Source: Planctomycetota bacterium
Lineage (GTDB): Bacteria; Planctomycetota; SZUA-567; H5-PLA8
DNA length: 51,498 nucleotides
Direction: 5' to 3'
Assembly (NCBI GenBank): GCA_026692735.1
Contig: JAPLOD010000717.1
Span: 2,794-54,291 of the forward strand
The notes under the pieces were generated by a model. The model saw nothing but the letters and a program-made list of their open reading frames with translations, searched no databases and was not told where the DNA came from. The translations under genes were made by a program, and so were the position numbers. Positions 8,998-18,259 of this stretch are shown here, piece after piece (positions within the stretch are counted from its first letter, which is position 1; each line of letters starts with the position of its first letter).

Positions 8998-11505
8998 TCA
9001 CGGAAACACCCGCATCTCATACAGTGAATACCCGAACTCCGTCCCGCGTTTCTTGCCCATCATCCGCACCCAGCGCGCCGCCGTCGGCGCGAACTTGATG
9101 CTGTCCGTCCCGGCCTTGCCTTTGTCCGTCGTGTAGACTTCCTTCCAGTTCTCGCCGTCCGCCGATACTTCGATCGCGTACTCCTTCCCGTACGCCCCCT
9201 CCCACAGCAGCTCCACGCGCGAGATCGTCTCCGTCTTGCCCAGGTCCACGGCCAGCCATTGCGGATCGGAGAACTCCGACGACCACCGCGTCGCCGGGTT
9301 GCCGTCCACGGCGGCCTCCGGGTTCGCCGCGCCGTCCTTCGCGATGCTCGATGACGCCTTGACCGGTTTGCCGACGGCGATCCCCTGGCGCGCTTTCTTC
9401 TCCTCGGCGCCCATGACCTGGAAGTCGCGCAGGCTGAGCACCGGAGGAGCATCGCCTTTGATGAGCGCCGCTTCGAACTGGTACGAACCGGTCTCGGCGG
9501 GCACGGCGCAGGCGAACGTGATGCGCTTGTCGCCCAGAGCGGGCACGGTCGCGTTCTCGACTTTCTCCTGCACGGCTTTGCCGTCCTTCAGCATGCGGAA
9601 GCGCACCTGTCCCTGCCAGTCCTGGTACAGATCGTTGATGACGACGACGGGCACCTGCCGCTCCTCGCCGCCGTTCGGTTCGTCGGTCCAGAAGTCAATC
9701 ATCAGTCCCACGGGCGCGAACGCGTCGCCCACGTACTTCCGAAACTCCGGCTCGATAGTCAGCTTTTCGAGATCAATGTAGTCGTCGCACGTCTGGCCGC
9801 CGGCGCGCGAATAACTCAGGCTGCAGAAATGGAGCACGCCCGCGCATTTGCGGTGGCAGCGCCAGAATTCCGTGAGCGCCGCGACGTACCGCGCGTGCAG
9901 CGTGCGGCACTGTCCGGGCGTGGCGTTGTCGCCGAGCAGGTTCTTGTAGACCTGTTTGGTGAGCGTTGTCGGCGTGCCATCGCGGTTGAGCCACAGCCAG
10001 CAGTATTCGTTGATGATGATGGCATTGTTGCCCTTGTTGGGGCGGGCGTTGCCGCCCGGCGTCGGGTTCACGCCGGCAAGCTGCCGCAGCTTGAAGTTGG
10101 CGTTGGAGAACAGATATGGGTGCGATTCGAAGCTGTCGCCGGGCTGGTCCTCTGTGCCGTAGCCGTTGTCCCACGGCCGATTGGAGAGATCGAGGCCGCG
10201 TACTTCGTGGATCGCCGGGCCGGTTTCCTGCGTCGAGGTCTCGTTCTGCGCGTCCCAGATCACGACGCACGGATGGTTCCAGCGCTCCTGCATCCAGTCC
10301 GCGTAATCCCCGGCAATCTGTTCGTGTTTGAGCCCCGCCCGCGCCTTGGCCCAACCCGCGCCGCCGTACCAGATGGGATACTCGTCCTGTACCAGCAGCC
10401 CTTCCTCGTCCGCGACGCGATACCACACTTCCGGCGGGAAGCCGATACAGTAGCGCGCCGAGTTCCAGTGCATGCTCTTCCACGAACGGATCACGTTGCG
10501 GACCCAGTCTTCGCGCCACGGCAGGCCGCCGCGGGCGGGGTCTTCGGCGAAGCGGAAGAAGCAGGTGTTCGTGCCGCGCAGGAAGTACGTTTTGCCGTTC
10601 AGCTCCGCGCGCTTGGTCTCCGTGTTAAAGCGGAAGCTGCGCATGCCGAAGCGCGTGGTGTAAACGTCTCCGCCGGTGTTCACCTCAAGCTCATAGAGGA
10701 ACGGATCCTCCGGCGACCATAGATGGCAGTCCTTGATCGGAATGCGGACGTCTGGCGTCGCAATGCCGTCCTTCGACACGAGCTGGCCCGAGTTTGCCGT
10801 GCCAACCTCCTTTTTCGACTTCGCTTCGCGAACGGTGAATGCAGCGGAGACCCGCGCGTCCTGTAAACCGTCCCAACGAACGACAGCCTGCACGCGCGCT
10901 TCCTTCTTCTCGATGTCCGGCGCGACCTGCACGCGGACGATGTGCGGCGTGCCGGAAAGGATGAGTTCGACCGAATCGTAGATGCCCGGGATGTAGCGGA
11001 CCTTCTCGAAATCAAAGCCGTCGGGCAGGTCCGGCGGGACCTGCTTGCGCGACGCGCCGACGCGGATAACCAGCTCGTTCTTCTCGTCACCGGGCTTCAG
11101 GTGCGGCTTGAGGTCGAAGTAGCCAGGCGTGAAGGACGATAGATGCTCGCCAACGAGCTGCCCGTTGAGATACACGCGCGTTGTGTATTCGGCCTTGTGG
11201 ACCTTGAGCAGCGCCACCGCCGGGATCGGCCCGCCGACGCTGAACGTCCTGCGATACCAGAAGGCTTCGCGCAGCGGGTCGGCGTCTTTCACGCCGACGT
11301 TCTTGAACGCCGGCTGCGCCATGTCGGCGAAGCCGGGCACGGGGACCTTGCTCTCGAACTTGTCCGGCGCCTTGTCCATCGCGCCTTCGCCGATCTCCCA
11401 CGGGCCGTCGAGGCTGATGACCTTGCGTGGTTCCTCGCCGCCCGTCGCGCCAGGCGCCACGAGCAACGCCGCCAGCACAAGCACAACTTCATGGTATCGC
11501 ATCAT
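8998..11505 (-). CDS. Glycoside hydrolase family 2 with C-terminal F5/8 type C (CBM32) domain
   Basis: GAAGGAG RBS; signal peptide; SLDGPW, VPVPG, WYRRTF, LWSPEDPFLY, FGMR, NHPCVVIWDAQNE (acid/base), INEY (nucleophile); C-terminal AVDGN..TRWSS...QWL.VDLG. Confidence 0.93.
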   Translation of the reverse strand: MMRYHEVVLVLAALLVAPGATGGEEPRKVISLDGPWEIGEGAMDKAPDKFESKVPVPGFADMAQPAFKNVGVKDADPLREAFWYRRTFSVGGPIPAVALLKVHKAEYTTRVYLNGQLVGEHLSSFTPGYFDLKPHLKPGDEKNELVIRVGASRKQVPPDLPDGFDFEKVRYIPGIYDSVELILSGTPHIVRVQVAPDIEKKEARVQAVVRWDGLQDARVSAAFTVREAKSKKEVGTANSGQLVSKDGIATPDVRIPIKDCHLWSPEDPFLYELEVNTGGDVYTTRFGMRSFRFNTETKRAELNGKTYFLRGTNTCFFRFAEDPARGGLPWREDWVRNVIRSWKSMHWNSARYCIGFPPEVWYRVADEEGLLVQDEYPIWYGGAGWAKARAGLKHEQIAGDYADWMQERWNHPCVVIWDAQNETSTQETGPAIHEVRGLDLSNRPWDNGYGTEDQPGDSFESHPYLFSNANFKLRQLAGVNPTPGGNARPNKGNNAIIINEYCWLWLNRDGTPTTLTKQVYKNLLGDNATPGQCRTLHARYVAALTEFWRCHRKCAGVLHFCSLSYSRAGGQTCDDYIDLEKLTIEPEFRKYVGDAFAPVGLMIDFWTDEPNGGEERQVPVVVINDLYQDWQGQVRFRMLKDGKAVQEKVENATVPALGDKRITFACAVPAETGSYQFEAALIKGDAPPVLSLRDFQVMGAEEKKARQGIAVGKPVKASSSIAKDGAANPEAAVDGNPATRWSSEFSDPQWLAVDLGKTETISRVELLWEGAYGKEYAIEVSADGENWKEVYTTDKGKAGTDSIKFAPTAARWVRMMGKKRGTEFGYSLYEMRVFP

Positions 11506-11517
11506 CTCGAGAACTCC

Positions 11518-11545
11518 TTCATCGTTCATCCTTCATCGTTCATCG
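11518..11545. repeat. Heptamer tandem repeat (TTCATCS)x4
   Basis: ttcatcg ttcatcc ttcatcg ttcatcg, abutting the GH2 RBS. Confidence 0.85.
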
Positions 11546-11656
11546 TTATCTGCTCATCATTGTCCTGTATACCCCGTCCGCTGCCGATACTCTTTCCGCT
11601 CTTGCGCAACACGGCGTCCCTGCGCATCCTTGTCTCCTATCAGCGGGGGGGAGATT

Positions 11657-14600
11657 ATGACCGCGACGCGTTTCCGCACAACGTTGTGCCAGGCCGCTGT
11701 GCTCGTCCTCGCCATAAGGGCATGCGCCCAGGAGGCCGGAACCGTGGGCCAGCGGCCGTATGAACTGGAATGGGCCAACCGCACGCAGGATGACCACCCG
11801 CCGCTCGTTGACTTTGAGGACCTCACCGGCTGGCGCGTCGAATGCAAGGACGCCGAAGCGAAGTTCGAGCGCACCCGCGAACAGCAGATCTGGGGGACGT
11901 TCGTCGGCAAGCTGACCTATCGCGCCGCCGGAAAGGAACCGTCCGTCCGCGTCGCGCCGCCCGCGCCCGTCAAGATCGAGAAACCCTTCGATGCCGTGAC
12001 CTGCTGGATCTACGGCAACAACTGGGGCTGGACCACCGACCCGGAAACGCCCCAGGTGGCCGTGACCGCCCTCTTTGCCGACGCCGCCGGCCAGGAGTTC
12101 ACCGTCCCGCTCGCCCACGTGAACTGGACGGAGTGGTTTCTCTGCCACCGCCGCCTGCAGCCGGACCAGATCAAGCGCGTGGCAGGAGGCGCAGCGTTCA
12201 AGGGCTTCGTGATCGCCAACGGCCGCAACACCAAGGACCGCGCGCTCTACTTCGACAACCTCGCTGTCTTCCTCGAAGAGTTCAAGCCGCTCACGTTCCA
12301 GCCGCGCCCCGAACGCGGCATTCCGATGCTCCCCGGCCAGGGAGTTGGCACGAACACGGGACCGGGCAAGCTTCCTTTTCCGACGCGGCCCGAAACCATC
12401 CTCCCCGACAACCTGACCGAAAAGTTCAAGACCGCCGTCGCCGCCGACGGTGCCGCCTTCGTCTTCAGGTACGATGGCGAGGACGGCAGGCTCAGCTATC
12501 GCCTCGAACCGAAGACCGGCACGCTTTCCGACCTGAGCGCGCAGTGGGAAGGGCGCGGCGGCGTGGTCCGCCCGTGCGTGGGCGGTGGAGTCTGCCTGCA
12601 GACGCCCCGCGGGCCGGTGCCGCCCGAGACTGCCGAGCACCTCGGCACGGCGCAAAAGGGCGACGCCGTCGAATCCCGCTGGCGGCTGAAGGCCGGCGAC
12701 GTGAGTGCCGAGGCGACGTACACCTATCGCCTCTGGAAGAAATCGCTCGTCGTGGATGTCGTCGCGCTCGGCGGCAACGTCGCCGAAGTGCGCTACGGCC
12801 GTGCCCTTGGCCTGGAAAACCCCCGGCTCGTCACCTTGCCGTTCTACCTCTATGGCAGCACGCGCCCGGCCATCGCCGTCTCAGGTCCGCCGGACAGGCC
12901 GCTCTTCCTGGCGGGCCACACCGACTGGTGCCTCACCAATTCGTCCGAACCGTGGGCGGCCAATCTGATCGGCGCCGATGGCGTGGCGTTCAACGGCGGC
13001 ACGCGCTACATCCCCAAGACCGACGGCAAGCGCAACGACTGCTTCGAGCGGCTCTTCATCACGCTCTCGCCGCGCTTCGAAGAAGTCCTGCCCACCATCC
13101 CGAACCCCGTCTCGCCGTGGAAGCACATCACCGGCACGCGCGTCTGGCGCGCGCATGGCGCCAGCCCGAACCGTGCGCATGACGTGAGCTTCTGGACCGA
13201 ATGCCACCGCTACGGCATGACCCAGGTGATCGTCACCGACCATGAGACCATGTGGCGCGACGGCGGCGAGAGCTTCACTTTCCGCACGCGCGCCGCGCCG
13301 AAAAAAGGCGGCGACGAAGGAGAACGCGAGTACTCCCGGTTCATGCAGGACAAGCTCGGCTTCGTCTACGGCCCGTACAACAACTTCACCGACTTCGCGC
13401 CCGTCAACGAGTATTGGACGCCGGACCTCATCAGCCGTGCGCCGGACAACCAGCTCCAGCAGGCCTGGATGCGCTGCTACGCGCCCAAGCCCGCGCGCGC
13501 GGTGGAATTCTGCGCGCTGCTCGCGCCGAAGATCCAGGAGAAGTTCAAGTTCAGCACCGCGTACTGCGACGTGCACACGGCGGTCGCGCCGTGGCACCGC
13601 ACCGACTACGACGCGCGCGTGCCGGGCGCCGGAACGTGCGCGGCGGTCTTCTATTCCTTCGGCGAAATCATGCTGCACCAGAAAGCGGCGTGGAACGGCC
13701 CGGTGTACTCCGAAGGCAACAACCACTTTCCCTATTGCGGCCTGACTGACGGCAACTATGGACAGGACCAGAACTACCGGCCCGCGGTGCAGCCGTGGCT
13801 GGTGGACTTCGATCTGCGCAAGCTGCACGACCTGTGCTGCAACTTCGGCATGGGCAACCCGGAGATGTTCTTCGCGGGCCAGAAGACCCACGAGCCGCTC
13901 GACCGCTTCTTCGCGGCGACGGTCGCCTTCGGCCACCCGGGGTTCCTGACCTACGAAGGCGGCCTGCCCACGGCGCTGCGCAGTTACTTCCTGCTGCAGC
14001 CGCTGCATGCGCGCTACGCTCTGTCGAGCGCGAAAGAGATCCGCTACGTGGACGCGGACGGCAAGTTGCTCGACACCACGGCGGCGGTCGCGACGGGTGT
14101 GTACGCGCGCTCGCAGGTTGTCACGCGCTACGCCGACGGCACCATTACCGCGGCCAACGGACATCCGCAGGAGCGGCTTGTCGTTGAGGCCTACGGCCGC
14201 AAGCTGGACCTGCCGCCGAACGGCTATGCCGGCTGGACTGAGGACGGCGCGGTGAATGTCTTCAGCGGCGATGTGGGCGGACACCGTTGCGACTATGCCG
14301 TGGCGCCGGCGCAGCTCTTCGTTGACGGCCGCGGCCGATTCGTGCGCTTCGAGAAAGCCGCGGGCAACGGCATCGGCATCTACCGCCTTTCCCCCGGCGG
14401 CTGCGAAATTACCCCGTTCCAGGGCGCGGAGTGCGGCTTTGCCATTCGAGAGGGCACTGCCGTGGCGCTGGACAAAGAAGGCAAAGTGATCGGCCCGGCG
14501 AAGCTGCGCGTGTCGCGCGGACTGACGTATGTTGAGCCTGTTGCGAACGCATTCAGCTACAGACTCAGTGACGAAACGATAGCGGCGGTCGTGGAGCTGA

Positions 14601-16021
14601 CGTGCGCGCGTGACGAGGTTGTGCCGGGCGAGACAGTCATCGTTCGTGGCAAAGAGGAACACACGCTGCAGGTTCCGGCGGATGCGAAACCGGGCGCGCG
14701 GCTGTGGCGCGAGTTCGAAGGCGGCTGGATTGACTTCACGGTTATGCCTCTGGCCGACGCCGCGTGGGCGCTTGACGGCAACTCGCTGCGGCTGACGCTG
14801 GCCAGCCACCTCGCCAGGGCCGGGGACTTCGTGCTGCTGCTGGCCGGGCAGGAGCAGACGCTGCGCCTCGAACCCGGCAAGCCCTCCGCGGCGGCGTTCG
14901 ATCTTGGCGCGCCGGCTGCCGAGAACGAGGAAGTGCTGGCCCTGACGCTGCGTGCCGGCGGGCCGCAGGTGCGCCTTGAGCGCGGTCTGAAGACGGAACT
15001 CGGCACGCGCCGCCTCGCGGCCTTGCCGGAGAAATGGCGCGCGGGCATGCGCTTGCGCAAGCAGGACGAACGTTTCGACTTTGGCGAGACGCGCGCCAGC
15101 GTGGACCCGCGCGCTTCCGCCTGCGGCGGCGTGGAACGCAGCGGCATCTTCATGCATCCGCCGTGGATGGGCGGCACGGGATACTCGTTCGCGCTCTACG
15201 ATGCGGTGTCGTTGCCTGCTCAACCGGCGGCCGCGTTCCGCGCGCTAGTCGGGAAGGGCGACGGCAGCGACCTCGGCGACGGCATCCTCTACAAGGTCGC
15301 CGTGGTGGACGCGAACGGCACGGAGACGATGGTGGCCGAACAAACGGTGGCGAGACACGAGTGGCTGCCGATTGAGGCCGACCTCACGCCGTGGGCGGGA
15401 AAGCCGGTGCAGCTCAAGCTGCTCACGGATGTGGGGCCGAAAGACGATTCCAGCGGCGATTGGGGCTGCTGGGCCGAGATGCGCATCGAGAGCCGGCAGC
15501 CCGGCTTGTTCAGAACGCTCGACGAGAACGTGGAGGCGTATCGCCGCGAGGCTGCTCCGTTCCCGGTGGCCGGCGTCACTGTCGAGCAGCTCAGGAGCGC
15601 CAGGCGCGGCTGGCTGCGCTACGACGGCATGGGCCTCGAAGGCGGTGTCGGAGACTATGCCTCGTTCGCCGTGCTGAACGGCGTCGAGCTTGGCGGGATG
15701 GCTGGGGCGGGCGGCGACGCGGTGAAGGGCGTATGGGCGGAAAAGGTCGGCGTGCCGCTCACCCCCGTTGCCCTCAAGACGCTGGGTTTCTTCAACCGCT
15801 TCGCGCTGCGCAATCCGAAGCAGGACTGCTTCAAGGTGCGGCGGTTCTGGATCGAGCTCGAACTGGCCGATGGCCGGAAGTGCTCGTCGCTGATTACGCC
15901 CGCGGTCTTCACTCAGCCGCCCGGCTGGAAATATGCGGAAGGGATCAAGGTGCCGCCCGGTGAGGATATCCGTGTCGGCATCTCGTTCCGTTCTTCAGCA
16001 GCAACAGATGATCGTAGATAG
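11657..16021 (+). CDS. Large secreted putative glycoside hydrolase (1454 aa) with an NPCBM/NEW2-like module
   Basis: GGGGGGAG RBS; signal peptide ending ACA-Q; central barrel-like region with AYCDVH and YSEG; late GIFMHPPW...FRALVGKGDGSDLGDG resembles NPCBM. The ORF-track start at 11129 overlaps the GH2 gene and was rejected. Confidence 0.8.
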   Translation: MTATRFRTTLCQAAVLVLAIRACAQEAGTVGQRPYELEWANRTQDDHPPLVDFEDLTGWRVECKDAEAKFERTREQQIWGTFVGKLTYRAAGKEPSVRVAPPAPVKIEKPFDAVTCWIYGNNWGWTTDPETPQVAVTALFADAAGQEFTVPLAHVNWTEWFLCHRRLQPDQIKRVAGGAAFKGFVIANGRNTKDRALYFDNLAVFLEEFKPLTFQPRPERGIPMLPGQGVGTNTGPGKLPFPTRPETILPDNLTEKFKTAVAADGAAFVFRYDGEDGRLSYRLEPKTGTLSDLSAQWEGRGGVVRPCVGGGVCLQTPRGPVPPETAEHLGTAQKGDAVESRWRLKAGDVSAEATYTYRLWKKSLVVDVVALGGNVAEVRYGRALGLENPRLVTLPFYLYGSTRPAIAVSGPPDRPLFLAGHTDWCLTNSSEPWAANLIGADGVAFNGGTRYIPKTDGKRNDCFERLFITLSPRFEEVLPTIPNPVSPWKHITGTRVWRAHGASPNRAHDVSFWTECHRYGMTQVIVTDHETMWRDGGESFTFRTRAAPKKGGDEGEREYSRFMQDKLGFVYGPYNNFTDFAPVNEYWTPDLISRAPDNQLQQAWMRCYAPKPARAVEFCALLAPKIQEKFKFSTAYCDVHTAVAPWHRTDYDARVPGAGTCAAVFYSFGEIMLHQKAAWNGPVYSEGNNHFPYCGLTDGNYGQDQNYRPAVQPWLVDFDLRKLHDLCCNFGMGNPEMFFAGQKTHEPLDRFFAATVAFGHPGFLTYEGGLPTALRSYFLLQPLHARYALSSAKEIRYVDADGKLLDTTAAVATGVYARSQVVTRYADGTITAANGHPQERLVVEAYGRKLDLPPNGYAGWTEDGAVNVFSGDVGGHRCDYAVAPAQLFVDGRGRFVRFEKAAGNGIGIYRLSPGGCEITPFQGAECGFAIREGTAVALDKEGKVIGPAKLRVSRGLTYVEPVANAFSYRLSDETIAAVVELTCARDEVVPGETVIVRGKEEHTLQVPADAKPGARLWREFEGGWIDFTVMPLADAAWALDGNSLRLTLASHLARAGDFVLLLAGQEQTLRLEPGKPSAAAFDLGAPAAENEEVLALTLRAGGPQVRLERGLKTELGTRRLAALPEKWRAGMRLRKQDERFDFGETRASVDPRASACGGVERSGIFMHPPWMGGTGYSFALYDAVSLPAQPAAAFRALVGKGDGSDLGDGILYKVAVVDANGTETMVAEQTVARHEWLPIEADLTPWAGKPVQLKLLTDVGPKDDSSGDWGCWAEMRIESRQPGLFRTLDENVEAYRREAAPFPVAGVTVEQLRSARRGWLRYDGMGLEGGVGDYASFAVLNGVELGGMAGAGGDAVKGVWAEKVGVPLTPVALKTLGFFNRFALRNPKQDCFKVRRFWIELELADGRKCSSLITPAVFTQPPGWKYAEGIKVPPGEDIRVGISFRSSAATDDRR

Positions 16022-16106
16022 GCGCGGGCCAGCCCCACCCAACCATAGACCATAAACCAGAAGCCCCTCTCCCCCTATCTGTGTCCATCTGTGTTCATCT
16101 GTGGTT
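16002..16106. repeat. Degenerate inverted-repeat element built of 10-bp units (ATCTGTGTYC)
   Basis: Right arm ATCTGTGTCC ATCTGTGTTC ATCTGTGGTT (16077-16106); weaker complementary left arm CAACAGATGATCGTAGATA (16002-16020). Confidence 0.65.
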
Positions 16107-17316
16107 CCGTATCTCCGTGTTGTTCGTACACGCGCGCCAGGCCGCCGCCGGCGGTCTCACGGTAGAGGCTCGGCAGGTCCTTGCCCGTCGCCTTCATCGC
16201 TGACACGACCTGGTCGAACGTGATCCGGTGGCGGCCGTCCGACAACAGCGCGAAATCGGCACAGTCCAGCGCCCTCGTCGCCGCCATCGCGTTGCGCTCG
16301 ATGCACGGAATCTGCACCAGCCCGGCGACCGGATCGCAGGTCAGCCCCAGGTGGTGCTCCAGGCCCATCTCCGCGGCGTACTCGATCTGCATCGGTGTGC
16401 CGCCCAGCAACTGTGTCGCCGCCGCCGCGGCCATGGCGCAGGCCGCCCCGATCTCGCCCTGGCAGCCGACCTCCGCCCCCGAGATGGACGCGTTCTGCTT
16501 GATGACGTTCCCGAACAGCCCCGCGCAGGCCAGCCCGTGCAGAATCTCCTGCTCCTCGCAGCGCGACTGCTCCTGCAGATACCGCAGCACCGCCGGCAGC
16601 ACGCCGCACGAACCGCACGTCGGCGCTGTGGCCACCACGCCGCCCGCGGCGTTCTCTTCCGCCGCGGCCAGCGCGTACGCCGAGACCATGCCCGTGCTGC
16701 GGAAGGGCTCCACCATGCGTTGCGCCTTGCGCAGATACGACGCCGCTTTCCGCGAAAGGCGCAGCGACCCCGGCAGCGCGCCGTCGGCGTGCAGGCCGCG
16801 GTCGAGCGCCGCCTGCATGGCATGCCAGACTTCCGTCAGGTATCCCCAGATGGCCTGTCCTTCCTTTGCCTCGACGTGCGCCCACAGCGGCTGGCCGTTC
16901 TGCAAAGCCCAGTCCACGATGGCCGCCATCGTCGTCAGGTCGTAGACTTGTACGGCGGACTGCGCCGTCTCGCCTTCGGCGCGCAGCGCTCCGCCGCCGA
17001 TGCTGTAGACGCGCCAGCGCTCAAGCACCTCGCCGCTTGCGCCCAGCGCCTCGAACTCCATGCCGTTGGGATGCTCGGGCAGTGTCTGCTCCGCCCGCCA
17101 GATCAGCTCGGTGATGCGCGGGGTCAGCACCTCGCGGATCACCTGTTCCGTCAGGTGTCCCTTGCCCGTCGCGGCCAGGCTGCCGTACAGCGTCACGCGG
17201 TAGCTCGCCGCCTGTGGCGTCCGCTTGGCGAACCGCTCCGCTGCCAGGCGTGGTCCCAGCGTGTGGCTGGAGGAAGGCCCTGCGCCAACCCGGTACAGCT
17301 CCTTCAACGACTCCAT
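16075..17316 (-). CDS. sdaA: Iron-sulfur-dependent L-serine ammonia-lyase (single chain)
   Basis: GPSSSHT.GP, LYGSLAATGKGH, EENAAGG.V.TAPT.GSCG, SISGAEVGCQGE, HHLGLTCDPV.GLVQIPCIERN, YRETAGGGLA. Confidence 0.96.
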   Translation of the reverse strand: MESLKELYRVGAGPSSSHTLGPRLAAERFAKRTPQAASYRVTLYGSLAATGKGHLTEQVIREVLTPRITELIWRAEQTLPEHPNGMEFEALGASGEVLERWRVYSIGGGALRAEGETAQSAVQVYDLTTMAAIVDWALQNGQPLWAHVEAKEGQAIWGYLTEVWHAMQAALDRGLHADGALPGSLRLSRKAASYLRKAQRMVEPFRSTGMVSAYALAAAEENAAGGVVATAPTCGSCGVLPAVLRYLQEQSRCEEQEILHGLACAGLFGNVIKQNASISGAEVGCQGEIGAACAMAAAAATQLLGGTPMQIEYAAEMGLEHHLGLTCDPVAGLVQIPCIERNAMAATRALDCADFALLSDGRHRITFDQVVSAMKATGKDLPSLYRETAGGGLARVYEQHGDTEPQMNTDGHR

Positions 17317-17414
17317 CGTGCCCCTCCATCCCGTACGCAATCCTCACGGATTGCGTCAGCCGACACCGCGCAACGATACGCCTTTCCAGGGCGCATTACA
17401 AGACTAGAAATAGA

Positions 17415-17450
17415 TTGACAATTATGCACAATGAACTATAATTAACGTTA
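17415..17450 (+). promoter_or_regulatory. Consensus sigma70 promoter with an adjacent palindromic putative operator
   Basis: TTGACA (17415-17420), 16 nt, TATAAT (17437-17442), immediately followed by palindrome TAACGTTA (17443-17450), upstream of the TA operon. Confidence 0.85.
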
Positions 17451-17469
17451 GTTAGTGGAGGAAGCTGAG

Positions 17470-17760
17470 ATGGACTTTCTTAGCAGTGAACAGGTACAGG
17501 GCGCGCTGCACATCAGCCGACCGACGCTCTACCTGTGGGTGCGTCAGGGCAAACTGAAAGCTCAGCGGGCCGGACGCGCGCTGCTGTTCCGCGAGGAGGA
17601 CGTGCGGGCGTTGGTGCGGCCCGCTGGCGCCGCCAAGGAGCAGCCACGCATGAGCCGTGAGGAAGCCCTCGCCCTGCTGCGGAACCGCCAGGGCACCGGC
17701 ACGGTGTTGCTGCCGTATACCCGTGAGGAGCTCTATGAGCGGCATCCTCCTGGACAGTAA
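17470..17760 (+). CDS. Excisionase-type (HTH_17/MerR-like) DNA-binding protein, putative antitoxin
   Basis: LSSEQVQGALHISRPTLYLWVRQGKLKAQRAGRALLFREEDV; C-terminal YTREELYER typical of antitoxins paired with PIN toxins; overlaps the toxin start. Confidence 0.85.
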   Translation: MDFLSSEQVQGALHISRPTLYLWVRQGKLKAQRAGRALLFREEDVRALVRPAGAAKEQPRMSREEALALLRNRQGTGTVLLPYTREELYERHPPGQ

Positions 17761-18160
17761 CATTCTGGTCTATGCCTACATCCCCGACCCCTCTGAACTC
17801 AAGGTCAGTCGGGCGATAGAAGCGGTGCGGCGTGCGGCGGAAATGGGGACCGGCTGCGTAACGGTGCAGAACCTCGCTGAGTTCAGCGCGGTTGCACTGC
17901 ACAAAGCCAAGCCGCCCAGGACCCCGGCCGAAACCCGCGGCAGGATCCGCCAGATCGAGGCGCTTTTCGCCGTTCTCTCCCCCGCCGCGCGCCACGTCCA
18001 CATGGCCCTCGACGCTGTCGCGCGTCACCGGCTTTCCTTCTGGGATGCGCTCTTGTGGGCCGTCGCCAAGGACAACGGCATCGCTGAGATCTGGACTGAA
18101 GACTTCGAGGACGGACGTGCCATCGAAGGCGTATTGTTCAAGAACCCGCTGAAGGAGTAG
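17735..18160 (+). CDS. vapC: PIN-domain (VapC) ribonuclease toxin
   Basis: LLDSNILVYA, QNLAEF, LSFWDALLWA.A, WTEDF, NP; GAGGAG RBS before ATG 17735. Confidence 0.93.
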   Translation: MSGILLDSNILVYAYIPDPSELKVSRAIEAVRRAAEMGTGCVTVQNLAEFSAVALHKAKPPRTPAETRGRIRQIEALFAVLSPAARHVHMALDAVARHRLSFWDALLWAVAKDNGIAEIWTEDFEDGRAIEGVLFKNPLKE

Positions 18161-18259
18161 CCGCGCCCTCAGCGAAAGCGTTTGTGGAAACAGCACTCGT
18201 CATTCGCCGTGCATCGTCCATAATCCATGCTTCACGATTGCCTGCAGGGGGAGCTGACG

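Noticed and set aside
11129-11656. N-terminal 176 aa of the 1630-aa ORF
   Set aside because: Antisense to the GH2 start; the RBS and signal peptide support ATG 11657.
17470-17760. Prophage or ICE excisionase
   Set aside because: No integrase or phage genes; the overlap with a PIN gene indicates an antitoxin.
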